A DNA stretch of 64,000 bases from the human T2T-CHM13v2.0 reference genome, Homo sapiens. Positions 16,030 to 28,359 of the stretch are shown here, in pieces. Location of the stretch: the NCBI RefSeq assembly GCF_009914755.1, contig NC_060937.1; one strand, 5' to 3'. The notes under the pieces were generated by a model. The model saw only the letters and a list, made by a program, of their open reading frames with translations, was not told where the DNA came from and ran no database searches. Numbering within the stretch: the stretch's first letter is position 1; the number at the start of each line of letters is the position of its first letter. The position numbers and the translations under genes were made by a program.

Positions 16030-16915
16030 AAATTTCAGTTTTATATATATATATTTTAACCATATTTCCTCCACAGGTAGTCTGTTAAATAAAGCACCAT
16101 TTACAAACTGCCAGGCCACAGCTAAAGAGGATTCTTTACAGAATCAAATTTCTTGTGGTTGTTCCGTATACAAGTAAACTTAATTTTGATAATAAGAACC
16201 ATAGCGATAGGAAGCAATCTGCCTCTATGAGGTACAAAACTGGCACAGAGGACACCATATTATACACAGTAAAAATGTTGTAAGTTTAAATTACATTGTA
16301 CAGGGCTAGGGAACCCTGTTCTTCCCAGACAGCCATATTAAATGAAAGCCACTACAGTGAACTCTTAATTACATAAAACATATCCATTATCTGATTGTCC
16401 TTTAGGAAGTGTACTGAAGATGCAAGTTTTTTTCATCTGGAGTTCTGCCTGACCAAGAATTAAGCCTATAAATCTATCTTGCCATTCAAGCAGAGAGCAC
16501 TGGACAAACTGAAGCACAAAAATAAGTAAGCAAAACTTGTACAAACAGCATGGGGGTTGGGGGTGAGGGACTTAAAAGTAGACATGCCACACCTAATGTC
16601 AAGAAGCAGCTTGGTTTCCTTTGCCAGATGGTCCTACACAGGGTATCTAAAATGTCATGTTTCTGCATATGACTAAAGAGTCCTCTGGAATGGCCACAAC
16701 TGAGAGATAAAGCAACCTCGGCGTCCTGGGAGGGCAAAGGTTGGCCATCACAGCTTCTCAAGTCAGCTAAGTCAGACAGAACTGCAGAGATAGAAGTAGA
16801 AGGGAACTCAGGTTCTTCCTCAGCTAGGATAGAATCCTTGGAACAGTGGAGGTCTTTAAATTCTTTACAATCTTCAGATCTATCATTGCTGGACTGTTCT
16901 GCATGCTGTGACTTG
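16030..16915 (-). pseudogene. USP34 pseudogene fragment: C-terminal coding remnant (16599-~16915) plus 3' UTR-like sequence; the 3' end may extend to ~15570
   Basis: Minus strand translates SQHAEQSSNDRSEDCKEFKDLHCSKDSILAEEEPEFPSTSISAVLSDLADLRSCDGQPLPSQDAEVALSLSCGHSRGLFSHMQKHDILDTLCRTI, then a frameshift, then SGKGNQAAS*. I recognise this from memory as the USP34 C-terminus. There is no ATG, an upstream in-frame stop, and a deletion at ~16628. Confidence 0.8.
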
Positions 16916-16979
16916 AATGTTCTTAATTCTCAGAGGTGTAACTATTAACAAATAACGAATAACTTCTGTGTCAAAACAA

Positions 16980-17170
16980 ATTATAGTTTACAAAGCAATT
17001 TAACATCTGTTATCTCAGGTGAGCATCTCAAGTCTGTGAAGAGGTAGGGGTCCTTATATCCCCATGAGGACTGCAGAGCCCAGAAGGGCTAGTTGATATA
17101 TCCATGGTTGACCAACTAGTAAAATTGAGATATTTTATTCAAGAAGTCTGATTTCTGAGTTCAATATTCT
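16980..17170 (-). mobile_element. MIR fragment, partly duplicated at 17985-18145
   Basis: 'ttatagtttacaaagc...ttatctca...gaggtagggg...ccatggttgaccaactagtaa'. Confidence 0.55.
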
Positions 17171-17312
17171 TTATGTTTTTGAAAAATAATTTTTAAAAAA
17201 GTTATGCATTTGTGAGAGACAATGATACATCTTTCCTAATTCCTTTTAACCATGAAGATAAAAGTCTGTCTTTTAAATGACTTGAATTTTTTTGATTCAC
17301 AGTTTTGATGCT

Positions 17313-17480
17313 ATATCAATCAAGGTCCACTCAGGAAAACAGAGATGGCACCAGTTATCTTAAGAAAAATAATTTAACATGGAGAATTGATTAAACAGAT
17401 ATTAGAGGACTAAAAAGGTAATGCAAAAATAGTAACTGCAGGAAGCATCTACCACTTCTGGGGCTGGGAGAATAAAGGGC
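17313..17480 (-). mobile_element. ERVL-type LTR fragment (LTR78/79-like)
   Basis: 'caatcaaggtccactcaggaaaacagag...atagtaactgcaggaagcatctaccac'. Confidence 0.5.
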
Positions 17481-17711
17481 AATTGAAAATTGGCCTGGCG
17501 TGCATGGAAATGGTAAATGGCTAAGGATATATTGGCGTGTCACTGACAGTGTCAGCTAAAGCGATCTGCAGAGAATAATTTATTTTATTAGTATTTATTA
17601 ATGATGTTTCATTTAATTTGCTCTATCAAATGCCACTAAAAGTTGAATCCTGGCTTTTCAGAGGCTTGAGCTATTCTGAAAAACAGTTGTGCAAAATCCA
17701 ATCGGGTGTGT

Positions 17712-17940
17712 CAGTGGCATGGGATAGGTGGATTGTTGGGAGTGAAACTCCCTGGTACAGGCAGTAGGGAGATAATCAACTGCAGAGAATTTAAAAACAA
17801 TAATAAAACCGATTAAAAGGCAGTTTGCTTTTTATTATCACAATGCATTAGCAATTCTAAACAATGTCAGTGATAAAATATTCCTCCCTAATGGATGAAA
17901 CACTGCCCCCCACCCCACTCTGTTCTTTGTGTATGTACTA
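17712..17940 (+). mobile_element. MER96B-like hAT DNA transposon fossil
   Basis: 'agagaatttaaaaacaataataaaaccgattaaaag...aattctaaacaatgtcagtgataaaata'. Confidence 0.7.
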
Positions 17941-18499
17941 CAGTAAGTTGCTTTATCTTCTAGGGAAATATATTTGTGGTCAAATTATTTCAGGTGAGCA
18001 TTTCAAGTCTGCGAAGAGGTAGGGGTCAGCATATTCCCATGAGGACTTTAGAGCTCATAAAGACGAGTAGATATGTCCATAGTTGACCAACTAGTAAAAA
18101 TGGGATCTTTTATTCAGGGATTCTGATTTCCGACTTCAACATTCTTTTTATTATAAGTTTTTGAATAGCAGTTTTAAAAAATATATGCCTTTGTGGGAGA
18201 TAATGATACATCAAATGAAGCCACTTGTTTTCCCCTAAGTCTTAGGATTCTGCAAGTAGTCTGCTGAATGAAGAATGACTGCACCTTAACATTCTAAATC
18301 ATTCATACGAGTAGCTCTAATTTCAGTGGTAATGCTGAAGTAAACTACTATGGTTACATTCAGCACATGGCTGAGAGTTGTACTGATAGTTGACCAAACA
18401 AGAGAACTGTTTATCTATCTTCTGTTGATAGTCAGTAGCCATTGTGCAGACATGAAGCTCCTGCCTACTCTATTGTTTGAAAAGGCAAAGGATTGGCAA

Positions 18500-19075
18500 A
18501 TATTAAACCCTAGTGCTCATCAGAGATCCTTGCTACTGGGGTGACTTTGTTCCACGTGGTCACTCAGAGACCTAGGTCATTGCTTCTATTTTATTGCTTC
18601 ACCATCCCAAGGATATCATTTCATCTGTGTGGGGGAGTTGAGTCACTGCCTTTTTCCTGTGTTAGCCCATGGTGTGTGGAGGGCCAACGATTTTTTTTTT
18701 TTTAAAGCAAGTGACACAGAAAAGCATATATCACTTTCATTCATGTCCTGCAATCTAAAATATTGTTTAGGAAAATTGAGCATATAATCTCACAGCACTA
18801 GTTTAAAAGAGACTAAATACATACTCTAGATCTATCAAGCAAGAGAAGGACACAGAAAGGTCATTTCCTCAGAGTCCTCTTTACTTCATTGCCAGGCATC
18901 AGAAAACAGCCTGCTTAAAGAATTCATCCGTGAGAAGCCAGCCCTATGGGAGTTATTCACTTATGGGAAGCTGGGAAACACAGTCTCTAGCTTGGTGGCC
19001 ATGGCTCAGCTTAAACTGAATTAATATGGAAGAAAGGAAGATCAAATTTTAAGGAACTGTTAGCAGTCTGCCATG
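18500..19075 (-). mobile_element. Old MLT1 (J/K-like) LTR interrupted by ~215 bp of non-MLT sequence
   Basis: MLT1 motifs at 18545-18748 resume at ~18965 'gggaagctgggaaacacagtctctagc'. Confidence 0.55.
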
Positions 19076-19480
19076 AACAGCATGTATTCACAGATTTTTA
19101 TAACGTGTCTTATCTCTCAGCTAAAAAGATAAGACTCAGCCCGCAGCTAAGAGAGCAAGTTTTACTAACAGCTTCTAGAGATTGTGAAATTGACAGATGA
19201 GTAAATATGTATTCACACAGACATAATGAGATTATAACGTCATGATGAAATCAGAACTCTGTATTTGCATTTTATTTCAATACAATGTTTTTCTTGCCAG
19301 ATAGAGGAAAGCTTATTTATTCTTCTCGGTGCAAGAACAATGCAAGCAATTAAAATATAACAACTTGCTACATACTTGGAAGACCTATTTTTAAATAATA
19401 TGAATACTATTTATTTAAACACTTAGATTCCTTCGGAGACTTTTACCTCAAGGTCTACACAAACCAAGAAAACATTTTTA

Positions 19481-19783
<303 letters not shown>

Positions 19784-20410
19784 CAAGAAAACATTTTTAT
19801 ATGGAAAACATTGTATTAAAAAAATCAAGGGAAAGTCTTCCTGTCCTAACACTATTCAGTCAAATATACAATGTTTGCTAGACTACTGAGGAAAGCCACC
19901 ATCTATGGTGATAGCCAGCATTTTCTTTATTAATGTCAAATCAGTAATCAATAACTTAACCTGATTTTGTCTACTTTATCTTATAATTAGGTTATATAGC
20001 AGTTCACTAATAGATATGATACCGAATATATTGTCTGATACAAGTTGTCAAAATTGTCTGTGGCCTTAACTCCTATTATTTTGACATCTCTCTGATGTTT
20101 TCTATATTTCTGGCAGGAGTGAAGTTGGTATTACAATTGCCTGCATATGCTAGTTCACAGAAGAGTAAGGGACCTATTTCCTCCTCATAAAAGAGATTAT
20201 TAAAAAATTAGAATTATAAGCATTACTTCTATTTTAAAATGTTGAGATAATACTATTTGCATAACTTGAAGATCACACCCAACGAAAGCATGGACTACAA
20301 GTCTTAGTACTTATTACAATATCTTTTATTATTATGCAGAAGTCCAGTTGACTACCCTATAAAGAGGAAGAGTATGTTAAAACACAAATAGGAGAAATGC
20401 ATTCTATATA

Positions 20411-20753
20411 CAGTCATGTGCCTCATAATGATGTTTTGGTCTATGGACCACATATGTGATAGTGGTCCCATAAGATTATAATGTCATGTTTTCATTGCCC
20501 ATTTTCTATGTTTGGGTATGTTTAGATACACAAATATTTACCATTGCCTTACGGTTGCTCACAGTATTCAATGTAGTAACAGCCTGAACAGGTTTGCAGC
20601 CTAGGAGCAGCAGGCTATTCCCCATTGCCCATAGTGGGCTATACCATCTAGGTTTGTGTAAGTACACTCTGTGTATGATGTCTACACAAGGACAAAATCA
20701 GCTAATGGCATATTTCTCAGAATGTATCCCTGTTGTTAAGTGATGCAGAACTG
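20411..20753 (+). mobile_element. Tigger3a (MER7) DNA transposon fossil
   Basis: TA-CAGTCATG...CTG-TA termini; internal 'ggtcccataagattataat' and 'ggctataccatctaggtttgtgtaagtacactct'. Confidence 0.85.
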
Positions 20754-21059
20754 TATCATGTAACATTTGAAAATAAAGTAATTTGTTTTGCATAAATGTG
20801 AAAAATGCATTTTTTCTCAATAAAATATGGCTGCTTCTAGGGGCAAAATTAACATACAGGACATGAACTCACAGCATTATAACTGTTGAAGGAAATCTTA
20901 GAAGGCATCTTGTTACACATTTCCCCAAGTCACACGTTACTTATCATCCCTGACAGGTTCTCCTTCATTCACTGCCATCTGAATGCTTCGGTGAGGCAGA
21001 TCCTATTCCATTCCCTCACTGCATTGATGGACAGCTCAAAGCTGCCTCTTCAACATTTT

Positions 21060-21320
21060 ATTTTCATCAGCCTTTTCTGAAACAACAGCATAAATCTTTT
21101 CTCATTTCTGTGATTATCCATTACATTTTTGAGGAGTATTATTTTCCTCCTGAGACTTTTCCAGGCTAACCATTCCCAACTTTTTCCGTATTCCTTGATG
21201 GAAATCACCTTCTGTCCCACTACATTCCTGATGACCTTCCTCTGGACATACTTCTGTTTTTCAATGTCCTTCAAAAAGCTACTATAGATGTGTTGTGACC
21301 AGTCCAGAGAATGGAATCTA
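21060..21320 (-). mobile_element. L3/CR1 LINE fragment
   Basis: Minus-strand translation FLKDIEKQKYVQRKVIRNV resembles the CR1 ORF2 C-terminal motif KDIDKLERVQRRATRMV. Confidence 0.65.
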
Positions 21321-21929
21321 GTAAAATAATCTTTTATGAACTGGGTGGTAAGCATTTGTAGATGACAGTGACATGGCATTAACTTTCTCATCAGTTAAAC
21401 TCTATGGCCTTGTTTGAATGGCATGGGGAGCCCTCTTGTTCCCAAATATGGCCTTTCAGGGAGTCTGTACTTCAACCTCTAGTGATTGAAAGATTGGATT
21501 TATTCACTTGATACCGAAGTTTATTTTTTCTACACACATTTTAAATTTCCTTAGTAAAATATGTCATTGGCTGTGGGTAATAATTCAAACCTTTCTTTTA
21601 TCTGGATTTAGTTCACAATTACAGGAGAGCAGGAAGGGAGAAAAGCTGACAGTAGAGAGTTCATGAAATGAAAAGCATCCTCAATATCATTCCCGTGAAG
21701 ACAGCAACAGGGAATTGGGAAGACACCAAAGAATAAAGTTTGCCGACTACAAAACTTTCCTGACTCTTGGTGTGTTGTATTGTATTTGCTGACCTTTAGT
21801 GTAATGTTTACACTTGGAAGTTACTTTGTATTTCAGACATCTAAAACCATGAAGGGTCTAAAGATATCTGGAAAGAAACAGTACATATAATTTTGGGGTT
21901 CACATCTTGGATTAAGGCTATGTCTACTA

Positions 21930-22012
21930 TTAGGTTGATGAAAAAGTAATTACTTTTGATGACAAAATCTGCAATTACTTTTGCATCAGCAGTTACTTTT
22001 GCACAAACCTAA
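21930..22012. mobile_element. MADE1 (Hsmar1 MITE), internally rearranged
   Basis: TA-TTAGGTTG...AACCTAA-TA terminal inverted repeats and TA TSD. Confidence 0.85.
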
Positions 22013-22144
22013 TAGCATAACTTTAAAAACATCTTCTCTTTTACCCCGTCTTTACATTCAAAGCTGGCTTTTTGTACACAGCATATAGCTGGATATTGCT
22101 TTCCATCCCATCTGGCAGCTGCAATTGAACTGGAATATTTAAAC

Positions 22145-22430
22145 CAGAGCTGTCACAAATATATATAATGTGAGCCACATATGCACATTTAAAATTCTGA
22201 GCATTCACTTTAAAAAAGTAAAAAGAAAGGTAAATTGAATTTGAAGTATATATTTTATTTAACCCAATACATATAAAATATTTCAATAAGTAATCAATCT
22301 AAAATCATTGATTAGACATTTTGCATTATTTTTTGTGTGAAGTCTTCAAAATTCAGTAATTTAGACCAATCATTTATGAGATATTCAATAATCACATGTA
22401 TCTAGTGGTTATCATATTGGGTAGGAGAGG
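22145..22430. mobile_element. MER33 (hAT-Charlie)
   Basis: 'ataatgtgagccacatatg...tattttatttaacccaata...cacatgtatctagtggttatcatattgg'; flanks tttaaac / tttagac. Confidence 0.75.
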
Positions 22431-22689
22431 TTTAGACAACTTATGTTTAATTATCATTAATTAGATTAAATTTATCATCTTTCTAGTTTCTTTTAATTTA
22501 AATTATTGTTTGTTCCTCTCTCTCTCTCTTTTATTGATTTACTTTTTGTTAGTTGAGTGTTAATTTTTTTTTATGATTCAATTTATCCCCAGTATTGGCT
22601 TATTGGCTATACCTCTTTGTTTTGTTTTGTTTTGTACTGTTGCTTTAGGGTTTACAATAAACAGCTTTAACTTATCATTGTCTATTTTC

Positions 22690-22982
<293 letters not shown>

Positions 22983-23076
22983 ATCATTGTCTATTTTCAA
23001 ATAATATTGCACAACTTTGTGTAGAGCATAAAATACTTTTTCCTTCTGTCTTTGCACTATTGTCTTCACACATTTG

Positions 23077-23082
23077 TATCTG

Positions 23083-23119
<37 letters not shown>

Positions 23120-23120
23120 A
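23077..23120. repeat. (TCTA)n microsatellite
   Basis: Directly visible. Confidence 0.9.
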
Positions 23121-24611
23121 TTATGTACTCCTTAATACGTCATTATTTTTTAAAACCAGTCGTTATTTTTTAAGGAGATTAGCAAATGAGAAAATAATTT
23201 ACCTGATATATTTACTATTTCTAATCAGCTTTAAATTTTTGTGTAGTATAAATTTCCATATGGTTATTTTCTTTCTTCTTGGAACATTTCTTTAATTTTT
23301 TGAAGTTTATTCCTCTGATAATGAATTTTCTCAATTTTGCTTGTTAATGAAATTTTTATTTTCTCTTTCATTTTTGAAATATATGTTTGCTAGGCGTAGA
23401 TTTACAGCCTGACAGATTTTTCTTTTTCTTTCAGTACTTTGAAGATGCCATTCCATTGTCTTCTGACCTGCCTAATCTCAGAAGTCTGCTATCATTCTTA
23501 TCTTTGTGCCTTTAAATGTAATGTGTTCTTCAACTACTTTTAATATTTTCTCTTTATAATGGATTTTAGCAGTTTTATTATAATGCATCTTTGTGTGCTT
23601 TTCTTTAAGTTTCTTTTGCTTGGGACTCATTGATTTGTGGGTACGGAATGTTTATCAACCTTAGAAAGTTTTCAAATATTATTTCTTCAATTTTCTACTT
23701 TCCCCAAATAACTTACATTTATTTCTTCTAGCAACAACTCATGCTAAAGGAGCTGAATGAACCTCTAAAGTATCTAGGAGACTGATTTTTAAACAATTGG
23801 CAAACACTATGCAAAATAAGGGATTGAGGAAGAAAGACCTACAGCCTTTTAATTTCTTTGTATTAAAGAATTTGGGCCTTTAACTTTAGCTTATAGGAAA
23901 AATAGGAACATAACTTTTTTTTTACTTTATTTCTCCAGAAATAAAATAATATAAAGGAACCCTTATTATGCAATCTTGAGGCTTTACAAAAATTATTGAC
24001 CTTGTATTATTATAGTATCTTTATTCTGTCATTTAAACACATTATATATATGGGCAAAATTTTAGTTGGAAAATGAAAATGAATGTATTTTTAGTTTAGA
24101 TTATAGAATGGCCTTAGAGTTGACCCAATTTAAGACAAAAGCTGAACTGCCTGCAAGTGGTCCCAGGAAGATATACAAAAAAGCAATGGTTGGTATGAGG
24201 AAAGAAAATTCATGAAGATGTTAGCAGAAGTTCCTGAAAAATGACTGATCTTGCTCTTGAGGAGATAGCCACAACCACTATTAACTTTAGGCCTGATGGG
24301 TAAGCCTGATGGGTTGAAATGCCACAATGCTAATGGGTTGAAACATCAAAACACCTGATGGGTTAAAACACCAAAATCCATATTTTCTTGCTCTGCCTCA
24401 CTTTAAGTGACTAGTGACTGCCATGATGGCCTGCTCATATCCAGTTCTGTTTCTGGGAAAATTTACTTATGGTGACGGTGGGAGGGGGGTGGTAAAGGAA
24501 TATTGAAAAACCCTTTGACTGAAGAGTTAAGTCTTGAAGCTTGTCCTTAACTAAGATGATATTTTACTCGCAGCACTTCTAACTATTATATCTTGTGGAA
24601 ATAAGAAACTG

Positions 24612-24900
24612 GGCTTGCGCAGTGGCTCACGCCTGTAATCCCAACACTTTGAAAGGCCGAGGTGGGTGGCTCACCTGAGGTCGGGAGTTCGAGACCAGCG
24701 TGGCCAACGTGGCGAAACCCCATCTCTACTAAAAATACAAAATTAGCCAGGCGTGGTGGCGGATACCTGTAATCCCAGCTACTGGGGAGGCTGAGGGAAG
24801 AGAATTGCTTGAACCCAGGAGGTAGAGGTTGCTACGAGCTGAGATTGTGCCACTGCACTCCAGCCTCGGCAACAGAGTAAGACTCCATCTCAAAAAGAAA
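24612..24900 (+). mobile_element. AluS (Sq/Sp-like)
   Basis: Full Alu; TSD AAGAAACTG. Confidence 0.95.
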
Positions 24901-24983
24901 AAGAAACTGGCTTAGAATACATGCAGGGAGATGGAAGTATTGATGATATTTTCCCTTCCTAAAAACCCAGTAGCTATCACTGG

Positions 24984-25554
24984 TGTGGCAGAAAGGCTCC
25001 TGTAGGTGCCCCCCACCACTCCTGCCTTGTGTGATTCCTTCTCTTGGAGTTTAGGTAGGATCTGGGGTTTGCTTCTAACCAATGAACTAAGACAAAGTTG
25101 ATGAGATATATGTAATTTTGTGTACACAATTATGCCATATAAGACTTTAGTGTCTACCCTGATGGATTTTTCTCTCACTCTTTTCCTGGCTTTGAAGAAG
25201 TAAGGTACCTTATTTTGAGCTGCCTATTTTGGGCAAGGAACTGAGGGTGATCTTGTGATAGGCAGCAAAAGCAAAAACAAAACAAAACAAAAACCGCAGT
25301 CCTTAGCTTTACAACTACAAGAAACTGAATTCTGCTAACAAACGTAGATGACTTCCCAGTTGAGCCTCAGATAAGGCTGCAGCTCTGACCTACATACACC
25401 TTGACTGCAGGCTTTTGAAGCCATAAGATGGGCACCCAGCTAAATCTTGGCCAGGCTCATGATCCACAAAGTTTGTAAGATAATAAATATGTGTTGCATT
25501 AAGCTACTAGTTTGTGATAATTTATGTATTGTTCAGTAATATAAAACTAACACA
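24984..25554 (+). mobile_element. MLT1E-like LTR
   Basis: 'tgtggcag...ctggctttgaagaagtaag...gcaaggaactgaggg...agataataaatatgtgttg...aactaacaca'. Confidence 0.75.
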
Positions 25555-25809
25555 ATTACTAATGCCATTTTCTTGGATGAATAGTTGCTGTTAAACAATT
25601 TAAATACTTTATTCATGATTGTATGGCTAATACATGGCAGAGATGGGGTTTGGACCCAGTCAGAGAAATAGTCCAAGATTCTAATCACCAATTTATGCTG
25701 TCTCTCAAAAACTGTTCTAAGTAGAGTGGAGAGCTTGGTTAATTTTCAAATAATTAAAAAGGTAATTACTTCTTTAATAATACATCACCTTTAGTATGTT
25801 GGTTTCATA

Positions 25810-26530
<721 letters not shown>

Positions 26531-28359
26531 TATATATATACATATATATAAAATATTAAACTTACCACCAAAAAAATTATACTACTAGTGGAAGAAGAGA
26601 ATGGATATAGAAGGACAGAAAGATGTCTACTAATATTGGCACAGCAGAAAGATAGAAAGTTTTGGGTCCCTGACAGCATTGTAGAAGTCCATTCTGGTTT
26701 TCCACTATCTTTCTCCAGATTTCTTGTTATATGAGAAAAATAAATCTCTATGTGATTAAATAATAGTAATAATATATTAACTTTAGGACAGAATATTGAA
26801 CAGACTTTGTTCAGCCTTTAATATGTTTGCATATACATATTCATGAGGGTGGTCTTTTTAAATTTTACATTGCTTTTTTTGTTTGTGTTGTTTCCACAGG
26901 ACATTATCCATAAGAGAATCCAAGAAGACCAAAAAACTACATTTTTTTTTTTAAATACTAAAATAAAAGCTGGTCCCAAATGTAACTGCCAATTTGAAAT
27001 TTATTTTTTATGTTTGTTACAATCTTTTTAGAATAAAGTACCTTTAAAAATACAAAGAATAAAGTTCCTATAGTGTTTATGCATTAAAGAAGCATACACT
27101 AAAAGCCTACCGTAGATCCCCATTGCACACAGAATAAAGTACAACTCTCTGGTTTGCTGCAACATGAATTTATGGCTTTATTTTCAATTATTTGTCTTCA
27201 TAAGCCTATTTCTGACTACTAATGGTTTCAAAATGTCTAGTACACTTCTGTGTTTGTACGTTTACTCACACTACATTCAAATAAAGTTATCTTCCTCTTC
27301 GTCTTTGCCTCTATAACTTCAACTCATTCTTTAAAGCAGAGCTCAAATTCCACCTTGTTGGTAAAATTTCACCACAAAAATTGCTGCTTGAAATGGCCTC
27401 TCTCTTCTTTATCTCTGCTTGTGTTTATTATCTATATGAATTCATCATTTACTTTGTACATATATTAATATTCAACCCATTTCATAAAATATTTATGGAA
27501 TTTCTGGGTACTGTGCCTGGCTCTAGAGAGAAAACAGTGAATAACACACAGCCTCTGCTTTCAAAAAATTATTTCTCGATTGATTAATAGCTATTTGAAT
27601 GACAAATACTTCTCTAAGATTTCAAACTAAATTTATAAAACACAAGCTAGGCTTTCAAGTAGAGAAGTCTCTTTACATTTAATGGGAAGAATAAACATTT
27701 ATGTGAAAAATAAACTCTGAATTTTAAATTTAAAAGTGCACTTAAATAACAGAGAAAACAGACCCAACCTTCTAAAGCTATACCTGTAAGGTCAGCACTG
27801 TCCTCAGAGTGAACAAAATAGAAAAGCAAAATATTTGATACCAGGACACAAAACTAGAATAGATTATGGCTGAGGCAGGAAATGTCAGTTGAGAAAGTAA
27901 GTTTTGGAAAGAAAATACACTTATTAAAAGTGAAAAAAAAAAAAGAAAGAAGATTCATCATCAAAATATTTCAAATCTTCTTAAATTAATGTATCCAAAG
28001 ACAGCAAATAGTGTTTTTCTGGAGCTACTGAAGTTGATTCAAGAAATTAAGAAGGCTGTCTATAAGATTCAAAACACATTATAAATATTATAATTACCCA
28101 ATATTTGCAAGTATGGTACCAGTGCATCAATAGACATCTCAATGAAAATGAATAGAAAGTCCAGAAATACATTCAAATATAGAAATCTGTAAGTATTAAA
28201 AAGTATCTTGAACCAATGAGGAAAATACAAACTTCTCATAAGTGAATTCTGTATAACTAGGTGGCCATCTGGAATAAACTAAAGTTGGACTCATATTGTC
28301 TACTTAGAAGGATGAATTCTAAAGAGTAAGTGATTTACATGTAAAAAATGAGATAATTA

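Noticed and set aside
16486-16761. 91-aa ORF as a functional gene
   Set aside because: Starts at TTG inside a frameshifted pseudogene fragment; no ATG or promoter evidence.
24291-24378. Repeat-spacer pattern resembling a CRISPR array
   Set aside because: Primate DNA, short degenerate repeats, mutually related spacers and no cas genes.
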